From Antedon mediterranea (lineage: Eukaryota > Animalia > Echinodermata), in contig NC_092680.1 of the NCBI RefSeq assembly GCF_964355755.1, positions 18,733,045 to 18,797,044 on the forward strand: DNA of 64,000 nt. Reading direction: 5' to 3'. Of this stretch, positions 1 through 15,100 are shown in pieces. Within the stretch, counting starts at the first letter, position 1. The number at the start of each line of letters is the position of its first letter. The translations under genes were made by a program, and so were the position numbers. Below the pieces are notes generated by a model. It was given only the letters and a program-made list of their open reading frames with translations. It did no database searches and was not told where the DNA came from.

Positions 1-154
1 GTCCATGGTCTCCTGGCCTCAGAGCAACATGAGTTGATTTTCGTCGATTGGTAACAACTGTCTCAGTAGCTTGTATGAGGTTATCTAATGTCTTTGCCAT
101 ATCATATATCTCATCATACTTTGGCTTGAAGCTTGCTACCTCTTTTCGCATGGG
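1..154 (-). CDS. MACF1: Rod exon [12 protein letters not shown]... (truncated by the window edge)
   Basis: Acceptor at 155-156, phase 0; counterpart of exon 5482-5692. Confidence 0.85.
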
Positions 155-3100
155 CTTCAAAAAATAAATGAAGTTAAAAATAAAATGTTTGTCCATCTAT
201 TACATTCTCGGCAGTAATTTATTTTAATCCTTAAGTCTTCAATTTGCTACACTAAAGCTACTTAAGTCATTACCTTCATTTGTTCTAGTTGTGACTTCAA
301 TTGTTCAAGATCTCGGACAACATGAGGCAGCTGGTCAACTTTAGCCAGAGTGCTATCATGCCACATACTAACCAGACGAACAGCGTTCTTGTACTTGTCA
401 GTCAGATTCTTGCGTTTAGTTAGGTAGTCAGTTCTAAAATGAAAATCAAATATTATTAAAAATATTTGATGCTGTAAATGTTAAATAATAATGCACATCA
501 AGTCCAAAAAAGGTAATTTGTATGACTGTCATCTTTAAACACTTGCAAACAATAGGAAGATTTTTTTAAACTTTATTCAAACATTAGGGGATTTTAAAAT
601 CTAGACAGGCTTTGTCCTGGTAATGACAATACTATAAAGAGCAGTAGCATTAAATGTGTCTTTTTATTAGATCCTTCACTCACAATCTTGTCAATGCATC
701 CTCCATCGTCTGCCAATTTCGATCAACATTTTTCAGTAGGTCAATAACAAAAGCAGAGTCACGCGCCCTCACATGATTAATGAGTTCATCGGCGAGCTTC
801 TTGATTTGTCGATACTCTGGTGCATGCTCTTTTATTTCCTCATTAACCTCCTACAAAAATAATAAATATTTTGATCATATATGTTCTTCCACTCATAATA
901 ATATTAAGCTTTACAATAACAACCAAATATTGGCAGTATATTGCCGATTATACACAGTTTAAAAGCGACTTAAAATTGGAGAATAAACAGACCATAAATC
1001 GGATGACTGTAAACCTTAGTTAATCTTTCAAAACCTATTATAAACAAATACCTGTAAAACTGCTTCTATTTCCTGTATATCCTGTTTCTTCAAATTTTGT
1101 GATTCCAAAGCATTCATTACCGGGAACATCCACTCTTCCAATTGGTCAATCTTCTCCATCAGGCCAGACAGCATTGACAACATCTTTTGGAGGTCGTCTG
1201 CATAATATTCTAAGCTACATATGTACTTCTTGTAGCGGGAAACCACCTCATCAATACGCCCTCGCAGCTTGTGGGCCATGGCTGGTGTGCTTGATTGAAG
1301 CATTTGTGAAGTTTTGTTTGTTATTGCCTCAATGACTGGTCCATGTGATTGAAGTTCACCTTGTAACATCTTTACTTGCTGAAGCTGTTCCATGATTGGC
1401 TCAAGTTTTACCACAACCTTTGATTGATCCAATGGCATTAATCGTACTTCAAAATCATCCAACCAAACACTGGTAGTGTCTAAAGTATCCTGTGTGTTTG
1501 TCAAGTCGGTCATTGCTTTCTGAAGTTTGTGACTTCTGTCATTTACCTTTGACCCAATGTCATTATACTTTTCGCAGAGGTTATCTAAAGAATGTAAAAT
1601 GAATAAGAAAAAATGAGTTTAGTAATGAATGTAATAACACAAAATGCTTCTTTAACAAAAAGAAATTATTAAAATATAATTTAAAGTGTTTGTTGACTAT
1701 TTTTCATGTGTGTTACAAACCTCTTTTTTATTTTAAAATATTAACATGTGTTATACTTTTTAAAATTGTCTAAAAATGTAAAATTGTTATACAGTAACAT
1801 CATTTTCATATTATATGAAATACTTAAACATCATGTATACTCAATTGATAACTTAATCTCACCAATTGATCTTTGAAACTTGGGCTTAAGTCCAGGCTGT
1901 GATTCACATAGTTGTACTGTAGTCACTTTGATCTCCTCAATGTCCTTTAGATGAAGATGAATATCATCTTGAACAGCCTACAAAAAATGTTATTTCAATT
2001 AGACTATTCACAAAGTTGTTCAGGTAGTTTGAATAAATTATTTACTGTAGTCCTTTTCATGTAAAACTGTGTATTGCACCATAATGTGTCTCATTCATCA
2101 GTACAAAGTACAGTAAACTACATCCAGATATCAGGGCTGGGTCCTGGTGCCAAAAGGAAGCCGCAAGACCTTAGTACAAAGTATAGTAAACTACATCCAG
2201 ATATCAGGGCTGGGTCCTGGTGCCAAAAGGAAGCCGCAAGACCTTAGTACAAAGTACAGTAAACTACATCCAGATATCAGGGCTGGGTCCTGGTGCCAAA
2301 AGGAAGCCGCAAGACCTTAGTACAAAGTACAGTAAACTACATCCAGATATCAGGGCTGGGTCCTGGTGCCAAAAGGAAGCCGCAAGACCTTAGTACAAAG
2401 TACAGTAAACTACATCCAGATATCAGGGCTGGGTCCTGGTGCCAAAAGGAAGCCGCAAAAGCAGCGCCACTTAACTACCTTTAAAATATATGAGACATGC
2501 TTTCTAACCAAATCTTATTCTGAAGATTTGGGAGCATTTACTGGTTTTTGGACTAATAATTAAGGAATGAATAAATAAATAAATAGAGGAATAAAAAAGT
2601 ACTAATGGTGACATGTGCTCACCCTATTTTTGGCAATTTGTTCCTGTACTGAGGGAACATCACTGCCCATTTCTTCTGCTTCCATCTTCTTAACTGTTTC
2701 AGTAGACTCTTCAATCCAGATGGTGAATTCATTTGTAGACGTGTGCAATCGTTCATGAAGGCTAAGAACAAGTGTAAGTTTCTCTGTGTGCCGAAGGCAA
2801 ATTGCTTTAAGATGTTCATATTTCTTGTTGGTATCATTTATTTTGTCTCTTATTTGGTTTGCTTCTGGTGGTTCAATATAACTACGCAATTCCTCCTTTG
2901 TAAGAGTTTTCTGTCGGAAGTCTGCTAGCTGATTCTTGTAATGCTGTAAAAAAAATTATAATACAATAACTTCAATTTTTATGTCCCTCAAATAACTATC
3001 TACCTAGGGAACTTTTTTAAAGAATTTGATAATAGCAATAATAATGATAATCATTATAAGGTATCAGTAAATAATTTAATTTGTTGCTATACCATGTTAT

Positions 3101-6100
3101 GAATATTGTATTTGTAGTTTTTTATAGCATACAGTAATACCACACTGGCAATTACATTCTCTGCTATACTATATATAATAAATCAGCTTCATATTATTGT
3201 AGCAATATTATTCTGATTGCCTTATTTGAAATCTAATCTGAATTGTAGAAATTGTAGTGATATTTCATTCATAACTGACACCAAAATATTACCTCTGCAG
3301 ATTTTAAAAATTTGGTTCCAAAGATATTCAAAAATTTGAGTTCCACAGCATGAGAAATGATCTCCTGGTTGAATTCTTGCACCTTGGTCATCTGGTGCCT
3401 CAGTGAATCACGATCTTTGGCAATATTGTGAAGCAGTGTTTCTTGTGTTCTTTCTGCTGATGTAAGCCATACATCAAATGAGGAATGTTCCTGATCAAAC
3501 TTCTGTAGTTCTTCCAAGCCAATGGCGAGCTGATTCATGCGACCATCACTCTCTGAGTAAAGAAGCTCATATTTCTCCTATAAATTTAAAATGTCAATAT
3601 GAAATGATTATAAATGATAATGATTATTATAAATAAGTTAGTATAATTAATACAAATCATCATTATCCAAGTTTTCAATGACCTATAATAAAGCCTCATG
3701 TGACAGTGTTTATACCTTCAAATCTTGAGCAGCAGCTTTGATGTTGCCTTTGTTACTGTCACTCAATTTATCTGGTCTGGTCTCCATTAGGAATTGAGCA
3801 TTGTGAACTGCTATCATTACTGGTTCCTGTTGATTGCGGATCTCGCTATGAATGGTCTGTATCAACACAAATTAAATAAAATCAAATTGGTATAGAATAT
3901 AAAGCCTTATTATTAAAGACTACAGTACAACTCTTGACAATTATAGCAAACCCTCTTGTGATTATCAGGTTTTCAAGAAAGTATTGTTACTGCACTACTA
4001 TATTTAGTTAAATGGTTTAATTTCTTCAGATGATGCATTTCAGCCTTCTCAACTCACCCTATGTTCCTGCTCTTGCTCTCGGAGTGGTTGAAGCTGTTCC
4101 TTCATTGGTAATTCCTCCCCAAGTCTACTTTCAACTGATACAATCCAATCCTTTAAGTCTTTCATCTTCAAACCTTTGTCCTTGACATCCGTAAGCAAGT
4201 TCAGCTAAAACCCAAATTGAAAATGTATTTTATTAGTATTTGTTTGGTACAATATATTAATATATATTAATAATGTTCATGGAATAGAGTCAGGAATAGA
4301 ATCAGGAATAGAATCAGGAATAGACTTGATTGAGGTATATATGATTTATGAAGTTTATAATAAAAATGACGTAAGAACGATAAGATGATGGCAGTAAAGA
4401 TGTGGAAGGAAGAAGATGATGGCAGTAAAGATGTGGAAGGAGGTATAATTGCACTGAAAAGCGGGTTCTTTCTTACCTCGTCTAGCATACTCCTCAACCA
4501 ATCTTGGTTTTTTAGGTGAGTTTGATCTATATGCGACTTCAGCTCATACACTTCATTTTGCAGTACTTCTTGCTGGTCAGATGTCAAGCTGTCTTTCTTC
4601 TGATGAAGGAATGTCTCTGCATCCCTCAGTGTGTTATCAGAGATTGGTTTATTGTTGACCAGGTCTCTTTCAATTTTCTAAATTGATATTTAATTATTTT
4701 TATTAGTGTATTATAAGCATCAAAGATTTTCAGAGAATTGATACACCTTTATACTTATACATTGGTATGTAGCAACAATAAGCTGAACATTTAGCTAATT
4801 ATGTATTTCACTGTATTTCCTCTTTTTATACATCTTTTAATTATTTCAAAAGTCTTATTTTCTAGTTGATAAGATTTGTTTATTTTGTGTTTATTAAAAG
4901 AAATTAAGATCTTTACCCTCATATTGTCAAGCTGTAATTTCAATGTTTGGTAGTCCATGCTGATTGGTTCATGGTTGTCAATAGTTGTTTCTACGGCAAC
5001 AATCCATTCATGCTGATCATGTAATGACTTGAGATGATCTTGGTGTTGTTTAGAGACATTGAGAATTGCATCAAGTTCCTCATATCTGACGCCCAATTGA
5101 CTACCTAACCTGTTGTACCGGTCTACAATTCCTGTTACAACCTTTTCAGATGCCATTGTATCTAAAAAAAGAAATATAAATTGACACTTACTAATGAGAT
5201 ATCAATGTGTAGTAAGTAAAGAACAGTATATAGAAAGCAATACATCAAACGTTATTTTCCATTCTAATATTACAATCTTGTAACCAAATTTTGTTTTTAT
5301 TACAATTGTGGAGTTGTCCAAAATTTCTGAAAGCATTTTAAACTAACATTACTCAATGCAACAACACATGTTATTTGTGATTGATAGATTAAATTCTGCA
5401 GACAATATTCATACACAACCGTGATATCAGCGTACTTTTGAGTCAATCAGTAAGCATTTGATAAAATATTGAGTGACTTACCTTCATCAAAAGATGAAAA
5501 ACGTTTTGAAGGAAGAGACAGAAGCTTCTCACTGACACTTTCAAATTCCATTGCATTTACAGACATGCTTGATCGACGTGGAGTGCATCTGAAAGGAGTA
5601 CACATGTCCTGGGTTAAGTAGTCCAGCTTGATTCCAAGGTCTTTGACTTCTTCTATATCACAGCGTGACTTTTCATATTCCTTCTTCAGAGGCTAAAATA
5701 GAAACAAATACCTTGCATTATATAAAGTGTAAATGGTTAATTACAGTATATCAGATGAACCAATTTGAAGATACCACAAATTAAATGACCTGATTATTGT
5801 GACTATTAAATTCCTGAACTAGGGAATTCTGTCTACATACTGAACCAATGACTATAAAAAAATCATTGTTTAAAAGTCACTGTTTATTTCTGTTACATAA
5901 TTGCTAGTTTTTTAACTGCCAATCAAAGCATTGCTTTATATTCTCATTTGCATAATGTATTGTTTTCAATACAATGACTATAAACACAAAAGAAAGTTGT
6001 GTCTGTAAACAACAATGTAAATTAACATTGTAAGTGACCCAATAACATTAATTATGAATGCCAAGTTAGAAGATGATTAAATACAATACAATGTAGAAGA

Positions 6101-9100
6101 TACTTTCATATTATGGCTATGTTTTACATAATTCTCCTATAACAAATTGAAAGTATACCTCTAATTGTTGCATCTGTATTTGTATGGTATCTTTATCACG
6201 TGATATTGGTTTCAATGTCTGTACTTTGTCAAACATCGTGTTCAACCATAGCGTTACTTTCTTCACTTGATTTTGGAAGGCCTTTGTTGCAATCTCACGC
6301 TCTGTATACTGCTTTCGTCTAGAAAAAAATGTTTTATAAGCTATTCAGTCATTCAGTGGAAAATTCACAAATCATTTAAACAAAATATGATATTTTCATT
6401 TTTTTGACCTTTTGACATTTTAATAGTAGTGTGGTTATTTTCTTTAATAAACCTCCTAAAATAAATTAAACAATACAGTGCCTGTATTGTTAATTGACAG
6501 GATGATTTGGTTATTGTTTATATTATCCTGAAGAACAGGACACTTTTATGGACACTGACCAAATCATAATAATAACTAACTCTTTTACCTCTTCTTCATC
6601 AATGTGTCAAGACTTCTCCAATTTGATTGAACATTCTCTTTTATCTCATCAATGTAGGACACATCATTATTGCCAGAATCATTTAGTAAAGTAATACATA
6701 ACTGCAATATGCCTTCATACTGAGGCCTGTGTATTTCTATCTGTCTTTCAATATCCTGCAAAGAAAATCTCTATTTGTAGTATTTGTATTTGTATTTTGC
6801 TAATTTACTTTTTAGAGAAGGAAAAGACCCCTGAATAAAATAGTGACATCAAAAAGACTGGCTCTTCTTGGATCTGGATTGATTTGGACACAGCAACAAT
6901 GGACAGAAGACTCTGCAAAACACTCGATGACCCCAGGAGGATGTAAAGACTAAAGTAACTGCTGCCAAAATTTATGGTAGGTAGAAATTTTACATTTCTT
7001 GCATAAATAATTGTTATGATATTTTATGATATGATATACGTTTTTAAAACTCACCTGAAGTTTTGTATTGCACTCTGGCAAATCCAATTTCATAAGCTCC
7101 TTAGTCTCCAGAACTTGAGCAGTTGGCAGAAGCCAATCCTCCAACTCTTTGACCTCATTATGTAGTCGTAAGAGATCCTCCAGTAGTGATGTCAAATAAG
7201 TTTCTCTGTTGTTTGATCGAGTGATGATCTTTCCAAAACGCGAGTTAAGATCATCCAGTCTTTTCTGGATACTATGAGCTTGTTTTGGATCACTGACTTT
7301 AAGTAGCTCTGTTGCAAGAGTGTTGACAGAATCCACGCTAGACTTGTGACTATCAATATCAATCTGGTGAAGCTGAAAGAGTAAAATGAAAAAACTTAGT
7401 AAATAAATAAATATTCTATTACTTTTAAAATAACATTTAATAACAAGATGAATTTTGCATGATTATGGAACCATTTTCAAAACACATACCTTGTGATATT
7501 GAACTTGTTCTTGTAGGTTGTCACGCTTAACGAGTACCTTTGCAGAGTCCAGCTTATCAAATGCATCCTCTTTCTCTTCCAACCATATGATGAGGCTGTT
7601 AAGGCTGTCCTGAAGGCTACGAGAGTTCATAAGGGTTCGATGCAAAGTACTGCTCCTCTCCGTCAGCAAACGTTCAAGTCTGTTATAACGCTCACTAACA
7701 TCATCTACAATTATATATTGATCATAAAACAATTTTATCCAAATATTATATAGATATCAATATTCCACATCCAATTGTTTAAACATGAATGGAACAATAA
7801 ACTTACCAATGGTCCTTTGGACATCAGGTTTAACCTCTGGCTGTGCATCAGTCAGCTCTCTTCCTGTATATTTCAAGTCTTCGACATCTTTGGAGTGTTT
7901 GATTACATCATCATTGAATGCCTGTAAAGATTAATGTTAAGATTTATCAAACTAAAGTAACTTACAACATCCTAGCAGACTATTCTAATTACAATTGCTC
8001 TTTTGACAGCTAAATGAATGATGAACTACTTTTGTTTCTGCTACAATAAATTAGTAGTACAATCTTTTAAAATAAACAAATCTAGACCTTAAATTTCTCT
8101 GCCTGTTCTTGGACAGTTGATGTCTCTGCTGCAATTGGTTCTTGCATGAGTTTTGCCATTGCTTTTTCTGTTGTATCTAACCAGTTTGTCACAGATGCAA
8201 GACCTTTGTTGTAATGCAAATGTTTCTTGATAAGAACTTCCAACCTCTTGCCAGCACTATCACACTTCTGTTCCAAGTGTTCAAATTCTTCATTTAGATG
8301 AAGCAGACGATCTTGGATTCCAGTTGAATCTGGTGCCTCGCTAAACACTCGGTTGAACTGACTTGGGAGGGCGGTTTGGCGAAATTTGTGTAACATTTGT
8401 TTGTAGACCTAAAAATATAGAATGACGAAGTTGAATTAAAAGATAAAACATATAAACATCTCCATCAATAATTCGAACATGACAAAGCCAGACAATTAAA
8501 CATCTCTGCTAACCTTTGCATCTTCAATATACCGCTGTCCACTATCTTGCACCATTGCCAAATGTGACTTGCGTACATTCATATCGGAAGAAATCCCTTG
8601 AAGTTGCATCTGTTGTCGTTTCAAAATGCTTACATCACGACCAGGATCGCTGAGCAATCCATCGATATCGTGCATCGTCTTTCCAAGCCAGTGCTCGAAC
8701 TTTGCAAGGTCATGCTCAAAGTTGTGGAGGTAGTCTAAAGCAGAAGTGAGGTGATTGACACGTTCATCCGCTTGGTTCTGAAGCAAGTCAAAATGACTGT
8801 ATAGTTTTTTCTGTATATCCTGTAGTGTGGCATGATTTGGCTGCGTTAGTTTATCACCGCTGGTGTTCACAAACTTTTGGATGTTTTCAACTGTGGTTTT
8901 TAGTGGTTGTTCATGAGCATTAATGTCATCTCTCAAAGCCTAGGATTAATACAAAAAGTTAATTATTTTTGGTTCAGAAGGCACATGCAAAAAACCTAAC
9001 AAGATGATTTTAACTTTACAGGATGATTTGTTTATTACAGTACAGTAGTACTGTATTCCCAAACTATTATTTGTATTTATTACGAGCATGGTGGTTTTAA

Positions 9101-12100
9101 ACGATACATAAAGATTATATAGAGATTATATTCATTTTTTTTGTATTAATGAAAATAATGGTAATACTGAGTGACTCGAAGATAATAATAAAACATCACC
9201 TTCATTTTGTTGAGCTGTTCATTTAGGGGCTGAACCTGTTCACTCTGAGGCTGTGATGATCCCATTGCATGTTCCGTGTCTGACAGCCATTTGAGTAGTA
9301 GTTGTCCATTAGAATAAACGTCTTGGAAGTTCTTATCAATTAAATTCTACAACAAATATTTTAAAGAATTATTTACCTCCGCCAAGGAGGTATATGTAAT
9401 CGGTAGCGTGTGTTTGTTTGTTTGTTTGTTTGTTAGCAGGATTACTCAAAAAGTAATTACAAGATCTTTACCAAAATGAATATACGGATAGATATTTGGT
9501 CAAGGACCATTCCATTAAATTTTGGGACCATGGTCCCAATTCTGGACCACTTTTTCGGTATACTGTTCAGACCTGCTAGTGTTAAAAGATAGGACAGAAT
9601 TTTACAAAAGCCGGCGAGCAGTCTTAAAGTAACAAATAAACTAAAATTGCATTTTCTCGAGAACTACTTGTCCAAAAAACTTCATTTTTGTACAAGAGGC
9701 AAGAGGTATAATTTGTGATTTGTAAATTTAAAACATAATTTGATTTAATGTGCACGTTTTTTTGATGCGAGTAGTTGAAAAAACCTATTTCTTTTCAAAT
9801 TCACTCATTTGATTTTCACGTTGCTGTTCTATTGTTAGTCAACTGAAGCTATTGTTAATTGAAAGGCTTGTTACATAACCATTACACCAAACTCGCATAC
9901 ACATGCTTGTAGTGAAATTAGCCTAAATCACAAACAGCATTAAGACACAGACATATATATATATATATATATTTCTTTTTTACCGGAGAAATCTTATGTA
10001 GGAGAATTTTACAGTAGGCGAAGGTATGCACTCTCGGAGTGTCTTTCTAGTTAACATTGAATTCAATTCCAATAACCAATATTAATAAAATAACTTGAAA
10101 GCGGGATTTTCAAGTCTAATTTTCCATCGGACGTTTTGTCTCATTTTCAAATACCAGTAGATTCCTGGCATTGAGCCATCCAGCTCTTTGATTGGTCAAT
10201 TGATTCACAACTTACCAATTCCTTCTTTTCAATCATAAGCTGCTGATGGTTTTCATCAATACTCCGCATTCTGTTGTTTGCTATGGTTACGACCTCACGG
10301 TATCCAGTCTGTAATTCCTTGACCTTTCCCTTTAGATCTTGTTGTTGCTCAGGCTTCATATGTTTTTCTTTGTTCAATTCAATAAACGTCTCAACCCTTG
10401 CAGTCGTCTCTGATATTGGCACTTCATGGTATGAGATATCCTCAATGAAAGACTAAATATATATTATAAAAAGTAAAATTACAAAAAATAGTGAAAATAA
10501 TAACAGTGAATATATGGGATATTGGAATGTTCCTGGACAATAAGTTGTTAAAAAAGTAATTTAAGTAATTATAACAAAATGGATAAAAATATAAAACTAA
10601 AAAGAAAAAAAAACAAATATTTCACCTTTCACAGTTGCTAATATTTTTGTTTGAAGATGGCTAATGAAATTGATCGTTTAGATTAATATAAATTATGTTG
10701 ATTATAATGAAACATGTTTTTTAAAAACAAATAAAAGATACTTTTGAAAAAACCAACCTTAATTTTATCTTTTTGGAATGTTAGAGTTTGCAAATCATTA
10801 CTGATTGGTTCAAGATTTTTCAGCTTTTGTAACGTAATTGTCACCCAATAAAACTGGTCACTGACAACCTGACATACAACACGGTATTCACGATCATACT
10901 CCGCCTAGAAAATTCAAGCCAATAAAATCGTAAAAATGTTCAAAAAACCATCTACCTGTACCTTAACCAAAACTTTACAAATAGATGATAATGTTCACAA
11001 AATGCAACATTCAATAAATGAGAACAAAATACAATTGGTTTCTGGGTGTGTTTTTGTAGAAATCTAAAATTCAGTAAAAGAATAATGTTAATTCATGTTT
11101 TTTTTATTTTGTATTGTTTAGAAATAGCTAAAATGTTTTATGTAAAATGTTGTGTAGTATTATTTGTAGTGAAAAGTTTAAAGCAAATAAGAAAAACAAC
11201 ACAAGCATCTCTAACGAGATCAAATAATACAACCGTTAAAACATTTATTAAACAAATTCATATTACATCAACTGTATAAATATTAACAAGCCTAATCCAA
11301 GAATTCTGACATTCAACTCTGTGTTGTTTCATACCTAGAATATGCACGAAGCATTGTCTTCTTTAAATGTCAATATCTAAATAAATTCCACTAATGTAGT
11401 GGTTGCCTGATATACCAAGGTGTGTGGTAAATAATTACAATACACCATGAAATGGTAATATAACATCAGCATTTCTTTTATGTTTTACTTACTATATTTT
11501 TGCTATCAAAGAAAAAGATTATTAACAATTCTCATTGAGAAAATAATTAGCATGTAGAGCCATTTCTGTCTTGACCTGCAACATTAAACTTTTACTGCAG
11601 TCAAAATATATCATTAATAGTAATTTTTTCTCAGTAACATTTTAGAAAAAGAGAAGTGTAATAAAATATCTATTTTCCACATAGGTATATAGATACAAAA
11701 GAAAAAAAACAAATTGGCTTTCATTCTAGACCACAACTTACCATTTTCCAATATGGATCAACAAATACAGAATCAGCTTGACTAGGTTTGCTGGTGAATA
11801 CATACTTATCTTCAATTGAGACCGAATGAATCACCTGATCATACATCTGGAGTACAGGTGTTTCAGAAACAGGTTCCACAACTTTAGAATCTACTACAAA
11901 TTCATCAATAGGACTTCCTTCAATGTTTCCTACAGTTAGTGGAATCTTTTCGCCCAGAGGTTCTTTTCCATCTTCCAGTCTCTCTTCCACATGATTTGGT
12001 TCTTTCATAACATGTTCAGATTTCTGGAATACAGGGGCTTCAAAAACTGGTTCCACAACTTTAGGATCTATTACCAATTCATCAATTGGTTTTTCTCTAA

Positions 12101-15100
12101 AGTTTTCTACACTTAGTAGAGTCTTTTCTTCCAGAGGTTCTTTTTGATGTCTCAGTCCCTCTTCCAGAGGTTGTTCTTCATTTGGTAATCCTTTTCCTAT
12201 GTTTTGATCATTCCTAAATTCTTTCATAACATGTTCTTGTTCTGCTGGAGGCTCAGTGAATTGGATTCTCTCAACATATGTATGATCTGGTTCCGTTTCT
12301 TGTTTGGTATGTTCTTCTTCCCTCATACTAACATGTTTTGCTTCCTCCTTTTTGCCATCTTCCCCTGGTTCCTTTGTAACAAATTGCTTTACACCTTTGA
12401 ATATTGAAAACAAGTCAATTGCTTTCTGTGGTATATTTAATTCTTTTTCCTTTGGTTCCCTTTCAAACACAACATCTTTTTTCACATTTTGTTTATGTTT
12501 AGGTTCTTTTGGAGAAGACAGAATTTGTTCTGGTTGCTCATCTTGTTTTTCATCTTTAAACATAGAAAATACGCCAAGCGCTTTTTGATAAAAGGAAAAC
12601 TTTTCTTCTACATTTTTTGACTTCTTTTCATAATGTTCACTTTTACTCTGAATATTCTCATGATCACTATCCACCTGGTCATGTTTATGGCCATCTGTCT
12701 CAATCTTGTGATCTGGTTGATGTGGCAGTGATGTTGACCGATACAGTTTATCTTTAAGATTAAATTCAGCCGTTGGTGACTTAAGTTTTTCAGTGATACT
12801 TTCCTCAGAAATGTGTAACTCTTCTGTTGAAAGATCTTGTGGAGAAGCTGTACCTTCATCTGAAAGACTTGGAAAGTCTTTAAAGAATTTACCAATATTA
12901 TCCTTCATAAAAGTTCCAATCATGGTTGGTAGACTATTACCACCAGCATCTCTATCTTGGTTGTATACGGTTTCTTTGGGTATGCCTGAAACATTCTTAT
13001 CAGAATCTATTATGACATATTCAGTGGCATTATCTTCAAAACTGTATTCTTGATTGGTTTCAGTGTCAGGTGCTAGGTTAGGTTCCAGTTTACTGAAACC
13101 TTCAAGCAATCGTAAGTTACTTCTACTAGAATTTATTATTTGACTACAAGATTCTTCTTGTACATGTTGTAAAGAATCATGACATTGGTGGACATCAATT
13201 TCAGTATCAGAAAGAACAGGTGTTTCATTTCTGGAATTTAAATCTGATCCATCAATTTTTACAGATATCACATATTCTGATTCTTCATAAACTGGCAACT
13301 GATCCACATTTTGCTCATTTGTTGTTGGATTAATTGATGGTGAATCAATAAACACTGACAAGTCAATATTTAGTTCAGATGGTAACACTTCTGTCTGATC
13401 ACATACATCTTCAGTGATACTCTCATCGGTGTTATCAGAAAGGGGAAATTTCAGATCAAAAGAAATAGGTGATACAGCCCTGCTCTGGATTGTTTCGTCA
13501 ATTATAACATCACCAGTTTCTGGTGTAGGAACATGATCTCCTTCTTCAAGTGTAAGAAGTCTTTGGATGTCATCACAGTATTCACCAGCAATATCCTCTA
13601 CAGATTTTCTGGGAATTTGGTTTATATCATCTACACTTATTATTAACCTTCTTTGCATGATCATATCTTCATTAACTTTAGTAATTTGTGGCATCTTAAA
13701 CTCAACTGAATTCTTTGTAGATGGAACTATAGTCTCTTCTTTTATTATCTGGTGGTCACTCTCGGATATTATTGGAGGAATTTGAGATTCCAAAGTAGTG
13801 TTCTCTTTTTTATTTTCAATACAAGCATGCACAACAGGTATAACTTCAGGTGAACTTTCACTGGGACCAACAGCTTTGAAAGAAATGTTTTGCGCAAAAT
13901 CTTGAGGAGATCCATGTACATCATTTGATGGTTTTCCTAACCAAGTAATGGATTCAGTGGATGGATGAAATGGTTCACTGATAATCTCTTTTGTCATGAT
14001 AGATGAACTCTCTATAACCATTCTATATTTTCCTTTTTTCTTTTTTGTTGTTTCCTCTGGTGCAGATACAGAAACACCAGAAACGTTTAATGCCAACGAT
14101 GGTTTTTCCACTGTTGTTACTGGTGGCACAAGCGTTCCGCTTTCCAATTCAGAATGTCTTGGATTCAATATTAAACCAGGTGTAAAACTTGACAACATAT
14201 TTTCTTGTTCATGTTCCTCAATTGGACGAACTGTAGAACTTGTCATCTTGTACGTCGTTGATACAACCTGGTGTTCTATATTATCTGGAATTTCAACAGG
14301 TGTATTTGACCCACCAGAGACACTGATTGCTACTGATGTAATACCAAATGTATTGGAATTGTTTAAAGACGAATTTGTTCTTTCTTCTTGAAATACCTGT
14401 TGGTCTAGTTTTGTATCTTTTATTTGAATTTCTTGGATATCTGGTTCATTATTTCCATTAATTTCTGTGTGACCATTTTGATTTATTGTTATGTTTTTAG
14501 TAGTTATCGAGGAATCACCTTCTCCTTTTTTATTAATACTTTCTTCATCCTCAGATGTATCCACTTTTAAAGAACCATCTTTTGATGGTGCCAATAATCT
14601 TGTGAATGAAGCCATTATTGAGCCTTCTTTCTTTTTTATCTTGGGCTTTTTTTCAGGCCGCTTTTCTTTACTTGGTGGTTTCTCTTTCTTTCCTTTTGTA
14701 AATAAGGATGACTCTTTTTTAACATGTTTTAAAACTTTCTTTTCTTTTGTGTCATCACCAAATTTCTTTATCTCAGGAAGTTTTTTTCTTGCCTTCTTCA
14801 ATGATGGCTCATATTCAACTTGAGTGGTCGATTTTACTACTGGTATGTTTTCAATACCTTTACTAGTGGCGTTTATTTTAGTTCCTTGCTTAGTTGGTTT
14901 ATTTGGTAACACTTTCTTTGTTACTTTTCCAGTATCACTTTTTGAAGCTTTTTTGATGGGTGACTTTTTAGGTTTTTGATCATCTTTCCCTTTAGAAATT
15001 AATCCTTTACTATGTTGCTGAAGTTTGCCTTTCAAAGTAACATCTAGTTTCTGTTCATTCTGCTCTGGATTGTTATTTGAAACATTCAATTGTGTTGATA

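Noticed and set aside
2100-2457. CRISPR-like array; ORFs 2293-2484 and 2366-2563
   Set aside because: Units are contiguous and near-identical with no unique spacers; no cas genes; eukaryotic intron. The ORFs are repeat artefacts.
11493-11502. 10-nt microexon-like ag|CAAAAATATA|gtaagt after the giant exon
   Set aside because: Frameshifting and unsupported; likely chance in AT-rich DNA.
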